A stretch of 64,000 nucleotides of DNA from Psammoneis japonica (taxonomy: Eukaryota), in NCBI GenBank assembly GCA_008632985.1, contig QPGO01000016.1, positions 468,840 through 532,839 of the forward strand, in the 5' to 3' direction. Positions 26,352 to 38,723 of the stretch are shown piece after piece. The position numbers and the translations under genes are program-made. Each line of letters opens with the position of its first letter. Position 1 is the stretch's first letter. The notes beneath the pieces were generated by a model that was given only the letters and a program-made list of their open reading frames with translations, searched no databases and was not told the DNA's origin.

Positions 26352-26587
26352 TCAGCTTGTAGCGGACGAATTCGAATATCCTCTTGCGTAATCTGGGCAC
26401 ACACCTTGACAGAGTCTTGCTGCTTCATCAAAGGCTTCGACGACGGCATCTGGAAGCGGTCCCATTTCTAGAGCTTCCATATTGGTATAGTAGTGCGACA
26501 GTGTGCTTGCACCGATAATGATCCCATCGTTTTGGTTCAGTTTAGAGTGATGACGCATCCACCGCAACGATGCATTGGCCATGGTCA

Positions 26588-26622
<35 letters not shown>

Positions 26623-27426
26623 TCGTCGTCCAATGCCTTTTTGATCATTTCAATTGCTTGGAATTGTTCTTCTTGTTGAAAACGCTCGCGATATCGTTTG
26701 GCCCATTTGGTATTTCCCGCAAAGCGACTACCCTTTTCCGAATTGGCCTTTTGCAGCTCTTCGTCGTTGTTGTTTGCTTTCTGCGTGTACTTGCCGCTCA
26801 GCATGCCTGCTGCGAGTGGTTGGTAGGCGTAAAAATGCATGCCAACTTTTCGTAAGGCTGGAAAGAGTTCGGATTCAACTCGACGCGTAATGGCATTGTA
26901 CATGCCTTGATAAATCGTTGGGACAATGTATTCCCTGGAGCTCATGTAGTTGTGTATATAAACCGTTTCCCATGCTGAAAAATTGCTCAAACCAAACCGT
27001 TGGAATTTACCTTGCGCATGCAATTCTTGAATCGCTTCCAGCGTTGGTTCAATTGGATGATGTGTATCTGGAGCATGCAAGTAATAGATATCAACACTAT
27101 CCCGCTGGAGTGATTGCAAGCTAGCCTCCAACTGGCTTTTCACACTCGACGGAGACAGATTCTTGTCGGGAGTGAACGGATTGGCCTTGGATGAGAAGCA
27201 ATTGCGGGTGCGTTTTTAGGATTCGTCCCAATACTCGTTCCGTTTCGCCATTTTGATACATGATTGCCGAGTCCACCTCGGGAATAATAAGCTCATGGTC
27301 TACTCCAACAAGATTATCATTTGCTTGTCGGCGGCTGCAAAAGTCCAAGAGCATGGTTTTTGCATCTGCTTCGCTTGTTTGACCTCCAAATGTCACAGTG
27401 CCCAGAATAACGCGTGGTAGTGTCAT
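26352..27426 (-). CDS. Aldo-keto reductase, AKR7/aflatoxin B1 aldehyde reductase-like; frameshift ~27195
   Basis: ILGTVTFG, DSAIMYQNGETERVLG, SKANPF, DIYYLHAPD, GLSNFSAWE, PTIYQGMYNAITR, PLAAGMLSGKY, LRWMRHHSKL, IIIGAS. Confidence 0.92.
26589..26621. repeat. (GTT)11 microsatellite encoding poly-Asn in the AKR
   Basis: Direct sequence; N11 run in the ORF. Confidence 0.95.
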
Positions 27427-27573
27427 GGTTGTCGTTAAGAGTGAATAAATAGTAGAAGAAGTAGTAGTAAACGTTGCCGCCCAGAGCGATGAAACGTGAA
27501 AACGAAAAGTGGAAAGTGGAAGTGAAAAAAGAAGCGCAGGGTGTATCTTGTGTTGACGTTTTTCGTTTCACGT

Positions 27574-27698
27574 CTACGTAGAAGCTGGTACAAAATCTAC
27601 GAAAATTTTCAAAAATGGTATCTTTTGGATCTTCATGGGCTGTCTACGTAGAACCTGGTACAAAAACTACGAAAATTTCAAAAATGGTATCTTTTGGA
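27574..27698. repeat. ~55-bp direct repeat (70-bp period) in the divergent AKR/SDR intergenic region
   Basis: CTACGTAGAA(G/C)CTGGTACAAAA.CTACGAAAATTT(T)CAAAAATGGTATCTTTTGGA at 27574 and 27644. Confidence 0.9.
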
Positions 27699-27875
27699 GA
27701 TCGACACAGTAACACGATTATTGCTGCAAGTATGAGATCGCGAGCCTTGTGAGCATTCTTTTTCTTTGCAATCACGGCGCTCTAGGTAGGTATTATTGGC
27801 TCTCACGATACTCTTTTACCCTACTCTCCATTGTGACATTCATCTCAAGTCTTGGAAAAAAAATTGGGGAAGATT

Positions 27876-28622
27876 ATGGGCAAACGGTTAGAAGGCAAAC
27901 GGGTTCTGATTAGTGCCGCAGGACAAGGAATCGGCCGTGCATCAGCACTAGCCATGGCCGCCGAGGGGGCAACCGTTTACGCTACAGATATAAACACGGA
28001 AGCGCTGAAACAGCTAAAGGACGCGGACGCAACCATTGAAACCTTTGTTATGGACGTTACGTCTCAAAATGATATTTCAGCGGCGATGGAACGCGCCAAG
28101 CCACACGTGTTGTTTAATTGTGCCGGTTTTGTCCATAATGGCACTATCATGGATTGTACCGAACAAGACTGGGACAAAGCCTTTACCATTAATTGTCGGT
28201 CCATGTTTTACATGATGAAAACGGCACTCCCCGGCATGATGGAACGGGGCGGAGGTTCCATCATTAACATGTCGTCCGTCATTTCATCCGTCACGGCCGC
28301 ATCCAACCGCTTTGCCTATGGCGCATCCAAGGCGGCTGTGATTGGAATGACAAAGTCGGTTGCAAACGATTATGTGAGTCAAAACATTCGATGCAATTGC
28401 ATTTGCCCCGCCATGGTGGATAGTCCCTCCATGCACGAACGACTCCGAGCCACGGGAGATTACAACGGTGCCCTCGAGGCCTTTGTATCGCGACAGCCAA
28501 TGGGACGAATGGCAACGGCCGAGGAAATTGCAGCGCTGGTTGTCTATTTAGCATCGGATGAAAGCTCCTTTACAACTGGTCAGGCGCATGTAATTGATGC
28601 AGGAGCATCTAGTTTTTACTGA
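27876..28622 (+). CDS. Classical short-chain dehydrogenase (BDH2 / 2-keto-3-deoxy-L-fuconate dehydrogenase-like)
   Basis: RLEGKRVLISAAGQGIG, LFNCAGFVHNGTI, NMSSV, YGASKAAVIG, RQPMGR; intronless. Confidence 0.93.
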   Translation: MGKRLEGKRVLISAAGQGIGRASALAMAAEGATVYATDINTEALKQLKDADATIETFVMDVTSQNDISAAMERAKPHVLFNCAGFVHNGTIMDCTEQDWDKAFTINCRSMFYMMKTALPGMMERGGGSIINMSSVISSVTAASNRFAYGASKAAVIGMTKSVANDYVSQNIRCNCICPAMVDSPSMHERLRATGDYNGALEAFVSRQPMGRMATAEEIAALVVYLASDESSFTTGQAHVIDAGASSFY

Positions 28623-29114
28623 CGAAGTGTGACAAAACAATTTGCGCCACGAGATGACGAGCAATTGACATCTCGGCCTTTGACCTGAAGGAGAGATGAA
28701 CGAAAGGTTTTCATTTAGAGTAGGCTTGGCTGTACTCTGGATTTTTTATGTTTACAGTTGAGTGAGTCGCCTGGATGTAGTTATAGGAGCAGTTGTCTTC
28801 AAGACCCATAAGCCTCAGGTAGTATCGCAAGAAGCATGACCCCAATAGTTGAGGCTTTGCTTTTATTTCCTGCATTCTACTTTCTCCCACTATCATAGCT
28901 CTAGGTATGCTGAAAAGTCATTGCCACTCTTGTAATCATCGTCTTCGCTCTCGAGTTAGCTTTTCTGCACCGCCGCGGTCTGTCGTCATCGGTGCTCATC
29001 GGTTGCTATCGGCTTTCGGCTTTTTTTTCACATCGCTGTCGGCATCAACATGAGCATGGCAGGTACTGTATGCCCTCGGTGTTGTTGTCTGCTTTCGATT
29101 GAAAAAAACACGCT

Positions 29115-30110
29115 ATGGACATGTACAAGTTTACAGAACAAGAAGGAGTGCAACAAGCTGCACTCTGTGGCTTGCAAGTGTTTCTCGTCGTTGCGTCCCT
29201 GATTGCCGTGAGGCACGTCTCTAGCTTGTTTCTTCAACGACACGGTTGGTCTCATCGATTGGCGGGAGCGTTCCATTTGATATGGATCATTCTCGGAGCC
29301 TTTGTCTTTGTGACAAACGATAACAAGAGTGTAGCCTTGCTCTATTATGATGTCGTGTTGGGATGCTCGGGTGTCGTTGCGACTCTTACGGCGGCACGAG
29401 ATTTTCCTCATAAACGAATTCAAAATAAACAGGGACAATCGGGGACTCTGGAGGAACGAGCCATTGTGACGCAGTCGGAAATGATTGAGCACTCGTTTTA
29501 TCAAGCATTGAATTTGTGGCAGGCGTTGTATTTGCACTTTATGGCTCGTTGGGTGACGAATTACAAACAACATAGTCCTGCGGGTAGCATTTTGCACCGT
29601 CTCGTGCCACTGTTTGTCGTGACGTTGCCATGGCTCTTTCGGAGACGCTTTCCAATCAACAGCTTTAGTGGAAATTGGAAACATTTGAAAAGCCAGAACG
29701 GTGTTTTGTGGACGGAAGAAGTGCTCTTGTATCAAATCAAAAAGGCACAGTATCTATTCTACAAGCATGCAATTTTGCACGGTATCAACATTTCCGTTGC
29801 GCTTTCAGAAGAAGCATCCTCACTTCCTTACTCCAAGGCCTGGCGAACATTTTGGCTGGCTCTCAACCTTTCCTATGTAATGGAATTTTTCTTGCAAACC
29901 ATGGTCAAGCGAAAGGTGCTTCGGCAGCAAGACATGTTGATGCTTCAGCGATTGCTCATGGCATCATCGAGCCTTGCGGCTCTGGTGGCTGTCTTTGGGA
30001 CTTTACGACTCGACGTCTTTGCGCTATCCTTGGTATTGAATATTTGCAATCGAGGACATGATATCTTCAATACTATGGGAGCGGGTCTAGTCATGATGGC
30101 TTTTCAGTGA
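29115..30110 (+). CDS. Uncharacterised multi-pass membrane protein
   Basis: 331-aa ORF with several hydrophobic helices and normal coding composition. Confidence 0.8.
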   Translation: MDMYKFTEQEGVQQAALCGLQVFLVVASLIAVRHVSSLFLQRHGWSHRLAGAFHLIWIILGAFVFVTNDNKSVALLYYDVVLGCSGVVATLTAARDFPHKRIQNKQGQSGTLEERAIVTQSEMIEHSFYQALNLWQALYLHFMARWVTNYKQHSPAGSILHRLVPLFVVTLPWLFRRRFPINSFSGNWKHLKSQNGVLWTEEVLLYQIKKAQYLFYKHAILHGINISVALSEEASSLPYSKAWRTFWLALNLSYVMEFFLQTMVKRKVLRQQDMLMLQRLLMASSSLAALVAVFGTLRLDVFALSLVLNICNRGHDIFNTMGAGLVMMAFQ

Positions 30111-30493
30111 AACAAGAGAAAGCTTGATTGGCGACACCTGAATTTTCACCAACAAACGAGACCTGCACTCCTCACTCGTCTTCGATCCTATTTTCAGCTT
30201 TCTCGACGCGTCTTCTGGAACGGAGGGAACAAGCACTAATGAAAATTGTTGGTTAGATCGCGGTTACCTCTGGGTTTGGTTAGATTATTATTTGGGTTGG
30301 CAAGGTGATGGTAAAGCGAGGCGAGTTTTTACATGGTGACTGTCCGTCCGTCTCACCGCTCGCACACTTCACAACTTCCACGTTGAACATGCTCCAACAC
30401 GTTGTTGAAGAAAAAAAATGAGCAGACGGAATATCATCCTCTGATGTGACGACAGCAACCACAGTCGGCGTTGCTGTTGCCGGCAACTTGACA

Positions 30494-31813
30494 ATGGCGA
30501 CTTTCCGAATGATCAGTTTATTCCTCTTTGCGCTGACAGTATTGCTCTTGTGCCTTGGTGTATCTGCGTTGTCTGGAGGGTCGCGAAACGCTCGGGTTCG
30601 TTGGGCAACCATTGAAAACAATAACGAGGTTGACTTTTCGGGCATTGATGCACCAGCACCCGTTTATATTACAATCGGTCCACCCTGCTGTGGAAAGACA
30701 GAAGCGCTACGATCTTATTTGCTTTCCGAAGGATATGATCCCGATAGTGTCTTCTCCAATGATGTCGCGTTGCACGATCAGTCCAAGGTCTATCACAGAA
30801 TTCCGCTTGCGGCCTTTCTCTTTCCCACTACTCGACTCGACCCTGAAATCGGAGATGAATTGCTAAAATCGGGTTCTACGGTTCGAGACAGATTAACAGA
30901 TCCAGCTTATGCGCAGACGGATGAAGAATTACGAAATGTCATGCTGAGAATAGCTGGACGAATCACACCGCAAGAGTTTGCCGACCGAGCAAGACAGCAA
31001 GCTCTGCAAAGGGGAGACACTGTCAAGTTTTTTCAACAACGAAGAATGGCTGTGACTGAAGATTTGGTCATGGCGGTCGAACAAGCCGTTGTGCAGGCTG
31101 TTTCAGAAGTCATTTGTAGGATGCAACTAAGAGGAGATGACCAAGTTGATCGAGATGAGTTACCATATGAAGACGACGGGAAGAAAAACAACGAACCAAA
31201 TTTGTCTCCCATCAATGCCACCGAGGCCCATCTTTTATCCGCACGGGATTTGATTGGAACTTCCTTTGTTGAATTATTTGTCCCGCAAGCCATTTTTCGT
31301 GGAGGCATTGATCGTGCCGAGCAAACTCTCTATGAGTTGCTCGAGTCGAGTCGTCCAGGACAGCCCGTGTCGTGGGGGAACACAAACACACGACCGACCG
31401 AGTTTGTCGCCGCCTTGTCTGCCGCGCAAGAAGCCGGTCGACCCGTCAAGTTTATAGCATGGGGGACGAGTCGATTGCCGACGGTGTCGCGGCAAGAATT
31501 GTTGAGAAGAAATGTGGCGCGATTCCGAAAGACTGGACGGTACATTCCTGCCGGTGCCATTGGCGCGGCACTGGGGCGGGTCGAAACATTAATTTACGAT
31601 GCTCAGCAGCAAGCAGACAAGCTATTTGAAGGCGAAGTTTGTCCGCCCGACATGGATGCGGAAGAATGGGAAAGCCTAAAGATGGATGCCGGCATTGCGA
31701 GTTTGGCTGGCTTTCGCATGGAAGAGGGTGGTTTTGTTGTGCAGGTTGGAGAACCAAAAGGATTTCGTAAAAGAGACGCTAGATCGTTGAAAAAAGCCAG
31801 AAGATTTTCTTGA
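30494..31813 (+). CDS. Signal-peptide-bearing P-loop NTPase/kinase-like protein
   Basis: N-terminal hydrophobic signal; Walker [20 protein letters not shown] motif. Confidence 0.75.
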   Translation: MATFRMISLFLFALTVLLLCLGVSALSGGSRNARVRWATIENNNEVDFSGIDAPAPVYITIGPPCCGKTEALRSYLLSEGYDPDSVFSNDVALHDQSKVYHRIPLAAFLFPTTRLDPEIGDELLKSGSTVRDRLTDPAYAQTDEELRNVMLRIAGRITPQEFADRARQQALQRGDTVKFFQQRRMAVTEDLVMAVEQAVVQAVSEVICRMQLRGDDQVDRDELPYEDDGKKNNEPNLSPINATEAHLLSARDLIGTSFVELFVPQAIFRGGIDRAEQTLYELLESSRPGQPVSWGNTNTRPTEFVAALSAAQEAGRPVKFIAWGTSRLPTVSRQELLRRNVARFRKTGRYIPAGAIGAALGRVETLIYDAQQQADKLFEGEVCPPDMDAEEWESLKMDAGIASLAGFRMEEGGFVVQVGEPKGFRKRDARSLKKARRFS

Positions 31814-31894
31814 GTGAACAGTGCGAGAAGACAGCAAGTCTCTTATCTGAGAAAGTGGATATTGCCGCGAATGTACGTGAATCTCAATGTTTGG

Positions 31895-32677
31895 CTTTCA
31901 GTCCTGCACTCAAGGCCGCGGACATGGGTGTTGCCATGAGTAAAGAGGGGACCGATGACGCTCACGAAGCTTCCGAGATGATTCTTGCTGATGATGACTT
32001 TGCCACTAGCGTTACCGCCGTCGTTGAGGGCCGTACTGTGTGGGATAACCTCCGTAAGGTGTTGTTGGTGAACACTCCCATCAACAACTCTCAGGGTCTC
32101 TCCGTTCTGTTTGGTGTTGCTTTCGGTCTTGAAGATACCCCGTTGACTACCAATCAGGTGTTCTACTCCAACTTGATCTGTGCTGTGCGTCTTGTATTTG
32201 TGTGCGCTATCGAGCCTGCCAAAGATGTTATCATGAACATCCTTCCTCGTCGTTTTGGAAAACGCCTCCTTGGACGCTACCTCTTCCTCCGTATCGCCCG
32301 CTTTCTTGACTACACTCTTGAAGAACAGCGTGCCCAGACCTTCAAAACTTTGGACTCTGGTGTCAATTCTATTACTGCAAGTGTTGGTTTCAGCTTACAA
32401 CAGTTCCATCCACCCCCGTCTATGCAAGGGCGACATCGGTTTGAACGATACCATCTTTGGTATGGACGGAACCCAGTGGGGTATCACCATTTAGATGATG
32501 GCTTCCGTCTTTTTGATCATGGAGGCCGAGAAGGCGCTTCGCCGTCGCCTCAAGGCCCAGGGCTCGGATACGGACGATCGCGAGGAGTGGATCATTGATG
32601 AGCATGTCGAGCCTGCCCCGCAGAGCTTCTTCCAAAGGGAGCCTCCAAGCTCAACTTGGGCTGAGTTGGACAGATAG
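31895..32677 (+). pseudogene. Fragment of a type II P-type cation ATPase (C-terminal part only, internally deleted, frameshifted)
   Basis: [45 protein letters not shown]; no DKTGT or N-terminal domains. Confidence 0.85.
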
Positions 32678-33331
32678 AGTCCAGTATGTGCATGCTTTCG
32701 ACGCTTCTGTCAACCGGGGACGAAGCATCCTATCGGTTCCCAAGTATATGTGTGTTGGTGTGCTTGTCGCCCCGAAATTCAGAGAAAGAAAAGTCTCGAC
32801 AATGTGTTGTAAATAAGCAAGCTAAAGTTTGTAAAATACTTTTGAATCAATAGCTTATCATTTGTTCATAACGCAGTAGTAGACGGTTCGCAGAAAGCTC
32901 ATATACTGCAAGTTGTTCAGCGGGAACCAAGGCATTTCGTTGCGGTTGTAACATGGCTTCAGCTCTAGCTGCAAGCTGATGATTACTCTGTTGCAACAGG
33001 ATATCTCGATGACAAGGATGCAACAGCAGCTGAGCGAGACGCAGCGGCTGCGCCAAAAAAGATTGCGAGCACACTCATTCTGATTCAACCTTTCTTTCAG
33101 CTATCTACTCTCTAGAGCTAGCTAGCTCTAGCTAGTAGCTAGTAGCTAGAGTACCGGTAGTAGAGTGTAGACTAAAACAGACTAAGTTTCGCACGATTCA
33201 CATCACTCGCAGTCCCGAGTTGCGAAAGTTGGCTCGAGGTTCGCGTCCCACATCAACACAAGTGAAGGTTATTGGATCGCATCACTACTTGGCACTTGGA
33301 TGTGCATGCAACATTATTAATTAGCGCAACC

Positions 33332-36300
33332 ATGATTCGAGACGAAAAAGGCGGACTGGCTAGCAACCATGAAGAAGAGGAGGAGCGGGATGGACCAAAC
33401 TTTCGACTTGTAAGATCTGAATCAAAAAGAATACGCAGAAACCCATCTACAGATTATACTCCACCACTGCAGCAGCGAAAGAGGCCTTTATTTCGAAGTG
33501 CCAGTGGGAACGATCCTTCTGTCGTGATACTACATGATGAAAGTGCGGAAAGTAGACGACACCTGGAACATTCGCAGAGTGCACCGGCTTCTGGATTTCT
33601 CAAGTATCTGGGAAACAACAAGAAAAAATCGCAGAGAGCGCCAGCTACGGCTTTTCTGAAGCATCTCCGAAACAATAAGAAAAAGTCACCGCCCCGAGGG
33701 ATTTCAAATCAAATGCCTCGATTGTCGGAAGGGCACGACCATGAATGGAATGGATATTATGATGATGAAAACGAGCCCCTTTTAAAAGTTGATTCTTCCG
33801 TGGAAGACTCGTTGTCAAGCAGTTTTGGATGCATTGAATCATCGCCAGAGGATTCTCCCTCGTTGCGCGGAATTGCTCGAGAACGAACTAGACAAGAGCA
33901 ACATGAGCTTTATCAAATGGCTGTAGCCTATCTCATGGATCATCAGATGGCACGTCCACCAACCTTGCCACCAGATCATGTTTCGAGTCGTCACTTGGTT
34001 TTGCACAAGCTTCGGTTTTCCAAAGCGTGGAATGCATTGATATTTTCAGCCATGGCGAGTCTCTTTTTGGCGAGTGCGTTTGAAAACAAAAGAGGAAGAG
34101 GGACAATACTGCTCCTTTTGACGTTTTATGCAGTGCTTGTGTTTTTTACGGACATGGTAATGATGAAACTCTTGTTTGGGTTGCAGCATTCCTCCAAGGT
34201 TCATGCTTCGTCGTTGCCGACTCTTCAGTTTCGTGGATCGTCACGTGACGGCGGTTCTGTACAGGCCTTTCTATCCTCCGAGCAATCGTCAGGACAAGCT
34301 CATGCTCGAAAGTCACGCTCTAGATGGTGGGCGCTTCCTCTTTCGGTCTTTCTCCTTTCGCTCTCTATTGAAACGCTTTTGGTAGTAATTGTGCATGACA
34401 ACTCTCGAGTCATTTGGACATCAACGTGGAAACCAATTGTGTTATTTTATGCAAGCCCCAAGGCCCGTAATGCTTTGGATGCTATGAATCGAGTCGCAAG
34501 GATCGTATTCAAGGTTTTGTTTATGGAGTTGTTTTTGATTTTTACCTTTGGTGCTGTGGCTTGTCAGTTGTATGGTGTGGATTTTGAAAGCTACGGTGGA
34601 TTGGCCAAGTCCTTTCTAAGCATGTATGAGATCTCCACCCTCGTGGCAACCCCGGGACTCTGGATGCCTGTTGTGAACAAGCACCCGAGCTGCGCCTTTT
34701 TCTTTTGCTTTTACCTCGTCACGTGTGTCTTTTATCTACACTCCTTGGTCTTGTCGGTCGTCTTTCAGAGTTACATGGAAGGACTTTCTATTATTCGCGA
34801 CCATGCTGCCAATGACAAGGAAGAAACACTTCGGCTCGCGTTTCAGACACTGTACAGAAGTACATTTCGTGGGACGGAAAAGCCCCACTCAGATACCCCA
34901 GTAACAATACATACCAAGAGCATCAAGAAGGTCTTGGTATTGATGAGACCAAACTATGGCCGAGAAAAGATCAATGCGTTACTCAACATTGTTGATCCAT
35001 CTCAGTCGAGCCAAGTTGACTATAACGCGTTTCGTTCTCTCATGCCAAAGGCCATGATTACAACAGGTACGTCCAGTGCGACAATCCATTTGAAAATTCC
35101 TTCGCTGATATTACCAACGGTCCAGTCTTCTTGACACTTCAGTCAGGTCAGCTCGACTATACAGCCATCGCACTCTGGCGATTGAGATTTTTGAAGCGAT
35201 ACTTGCAATAGCAAACTTGGCATTTGTTGTGCTGGCTTCCTCAACGTATGAGTCCTCGTGGTGGGAAGCAATTGTTGTTCCGGTGGGAGAAACCATTACC
35301 CTTTTATGCCTGGGAGACCTCGTCTTTCGACTCTTCTACTCCCGAAAGCATGGCAATTCTCTACCTGAAGCCTGGGAACCTGATGCTACCTTTGACTTGT
35401 TGGCGGTACAAGCAGTCATTGTATCAGTCATTGGGTTGCTGCTCCATCGATCCAAGGTGAATCGATCGCTGGATTGGATGGTGACAGGTCGAGCAATCGA
35501 TCAAATGAGGTTCCTTCGATTGGCAAGGGAGGCACGCGGTATCGTACGACGGAGTGGAGAGCTTTTGCCTTATGTCGTGGGTCCTGTAGTCCTTGTTGTG
35601 ACTGCCCTGCACATGATTACCTATCTGTGCATGTCGATTTGGGGTGGAGCCGTCGTGGTTGGCCAAAACACCAACATTCCACCATTTTATGACCTCAACA
35701 ACTTCAATTCATTTTCTTCGGGTATAATGACAATCTTCAACATGCTTGTAGCCAACGACTGGCACCTGTTGGCCAAAGTGTTTGTCCTTCCTGCATTTCC
35801 AAACAAGAGCAAACTCGTCTACCCGTTCTTTATTGGGGTGAACATTATTATCGTTAGCATCTTGTTGAACGTTTTGACAGCTTTCTTTGTGGGAGCTTTT
35901 GTCACCAGAACGTCATGGAGAAGGAAAAACGAGACTCCTCTTTCCCCCAAGAGAACCAGCGTGGCTACCGTGAACTCTACAATGTTGCCGCTCCCACGCA
36001 TGTCTAGACAACAGAGAACAGTTAGCATCATTTCTTCTGATGGGTTTGATGACGACTCGTCGGTCCCTGAAGACATTACCATGTCGATGCGGCAAGATTT
36101 TGACGACGTTCTCAAAGCAACAATGGGGAAAGGGGACCATGATGGTGACGATGACGCAGCAAAGTACTGCTGTCATTTGTTGGAACTCTACGAAACTCTC
36201 TCCTCCAACGGGGAGGACAGTAGGTGCATTGGGTATTTGGTCTCGTGCCAGCAATCGATGAGTCGGTACGGCAACTCATGTTTTCAACAAATGGTTCACA

Positions 36301-36503
36301 AGTATATGGATGATGAAGCGTTGCATCTTGCCATTGACGACATGCATTCAGAGCTGGCAATGTCGCCAGTCGGGCACGAAACATCGGTTCATCGAACGTT
36401 CCTTTCACCAGACGAGGATCTTCAGGAACCGTCTCTTGAGCTAACGGCGTCGATATTGAAAGAGGGCTCGTCGGTGGCTCTCTTTTTAGCTAAGTTTGTG
36501 TAG
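33332..36503 (+). CDS. Two-pore-channel (TPC)-like cation channel; intron 35067-35142
   Basis: Two multi-TM repeats with pore loops SFLSMYEISTLVATPGLWMP and NNFNSFSSGIMTIFNMLVANDW, EF-hand-like linker DPSQSSQVDYNAF, S4-like RAIDQMRFLRLAR. Confidence 0.85.
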
Positions 36504-36619
36504 ATACTGCTGGCACACTACTAAAAGAAATAGTCTCTCCTAATGCGATGAGCACGAGAAAACATGAGTGGAAAAGGGGGAATCCGGTGGCTTCAGCACG
36601 TTACTCGTAGAATCCCAAT

Positions 36620-37600
36620 CCCGATGCAAGCTCTGCAGCACCCTTGGAACAAGACAACCCCGCCTTTGTGAATTTCGTCAACAAGAACGAGGCCATGTGG
36701 GAAAAGCCAAGAACAGTGGATGGTGGCACTGCATTCTTTGCTCCCAATGACAAGGCATTTGCAGAGTTTGCTGGGACAGAAGAATGATGGGAACACGTGC
36801 ACAAATGCACACTGTGAGTGGCCACAAACCAAAACCCTGTTTTTCAACATTTCTTCTACACCAATTTTGTGCAAATGCAACATGCACAATCTCCTGCAGA
36901 AGTGCATGAGAAGTTTGTGTGTGGCGCACAAGCATTTGGTGATCCTCATGTGTCAAAAACAAGTGAGTGGGCACAAAATGATCAAAGCATGCACCCCCTG
37001 TCTGTGCATCCCCGAAGAATGCAAGTGCAAAAAGTTTGTGGAGGCCATGCCACTGTGCAAGAGTTCATGGAGTGCAGGCACAAGAATTTTGCAGAGAGTT
37101 CCAGAAAACCTGCTCAGGAAACTTCGCAATCTCCCCAGGAATGCAAGTGCAAGAGAAGTTTGTGAGGTGTGGACAGAAAGCCGCATGAGAAAGTGGAAGG
37201 GTCTCTGTTGGCTGAAGTTTGTGCTGGGGTGGGGGGAGCACCGTCTCTGCATTGCATTTTTGAACAACTTTGGACATCCACCACATTCTTGGCACTCCTC
37301 AAATGAGCCCCAAACCAGCCCAGTCATCCTGAAAATGACAACCTGCAGACATCCTGCACAAACTTGGCATCAAAACAAGCTCCCCATTTGCAACCTCTCT
37401 TTTGCAGACAGCAACCCCAGCAAAGCTGAGTGCTGTGCCAAGAACACCATGTCACCATCAAGCAACTAAAATGTTGAAACGTGTGGGTGATCAAATTGAA
37501 AAAATGCAGCGCAGCAATGCACCAGGGCAACATCTGTTGTGAGTGGGTCATTGTTGGTGGTGCACTTTTGTGCAACTCTTCTCTGTCCCCACCAGCTGAG
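36620..37600 (+). mobile_element. Decayed TpA/CpG-depleted block containing a broken ORF of unknown family
   Basis: Long frame interrupted only by TGA stops; almost no TA. Confidence 0.45.
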
Positions 37601-37609
37601 GAGAATGCT

Positions 37610-38397
37610 GCACTTGGCACCTTTGAAAATCTAGCACCTTTCAAAAAAAATGATCAAAAAGTCAGCACCACCTTTGTTCATTTCCACCACTTTTTAAAAA
37701 TGATCTAAAAAACCCCCAGCACCTTTCTTGAAAACACAGCACCTCCTTGCAAGTCTGCAAACGCAGTCATTTTTTCCACATGTGTTTGTTGAAAACACCT
37801 GAGTTGAGCCATGGTTTTTGGCTTTGCTGAGCAGTGCATCATTTGTGGGAAAAACACCCATGAGCACTTGCACTCGCTGTGTGAACACTGCCGAGACAAT
37901 GACACAAATGCCATTTGTTGAGTGCAGCAATGCAGGCAGTCTGGCACCTGAGTCTCTTTGCAGTTTGTCAACCATGGTTCATGAGAAAAATTCTGCAATC
38001 AGTGTTGGCAATGTTGTGCTGAAGTGTTTTTGTTGTTTCGCAATGTGGCGGAGGGGCCCCGCACTTGTTGCTCACTGCAAAATGCACGGCTCGCACCCTG
38101 AGAGGGGCCTGCTGTCTGCACAGGAAGAACGACCCACCCACTGTGAACAACAACATGACAATGGCACAAATGCTGTTCATCGAATGCAGGAGAGGTGGCC
38201 CAATGTCTAAGTTGCAACCACCTCCGCTCTGTGGGCACCACCATCAACACATTGTGCGTGGCCAGCAGCATCTTCCCTCTCATGGGCGGATCGCTCTCAG
38301 TTTTTTCTGTTGGGGTGCTGAGCACAGGCGATGGCCTCGGAATTTGTCACAATGCAGAATTGTTAAAGGTGCTGGAAATTCTAAAAGGTGCCAGTGC
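37610..38397. mobile_element. Non-autonomous DNA-transposon-like element with ~35-bp degenerate TIRs
   Basis: 37610 GCACTTGGCACCTTTGAAAATCTAGCACCTTTCAA vs reverse complement of 38363-38397 GCACTGGCACCTTTTAGAATTTCCAGCACCTTTAA; reiterated AGCACCTTT subterminal motif. Confidence 0.65.
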
Positions 38398-38723
38398 TTA
38401 AAAAGTACAAATTTGTCGATTGAGGATGACTCCTCACTAAAAATGACACAGGGGCCGGCAGACGAGCAGCGCTTAGATAGTCCGTGCGTCCGTCCATGGA
38501 CGCTCAACGGATCAACGGATCAACGGACTATTGGGCATGATACGGAGCATGATGCATGATGGCAATGAGCAAGGAATGATGATACACCTGACTCGACGGT
38601 GAAGCTTACTCGTGCCTGAAGTCCTTTATGCAGTATAAGAACACATGTCATGGATGGCCGTAAAGTGGATTTTGAATTGTTGATTGTCCAGACGTCGAAA
38701 ACAAGCGAGAGCGAGAGACCATC

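Noticed and set aside
29028..29735. 235-aa minus-strand ORF (and similar antisense ORFs such as 61995-62600)
   Set aside because: Shadow of a well-supported gene on the opposite strand
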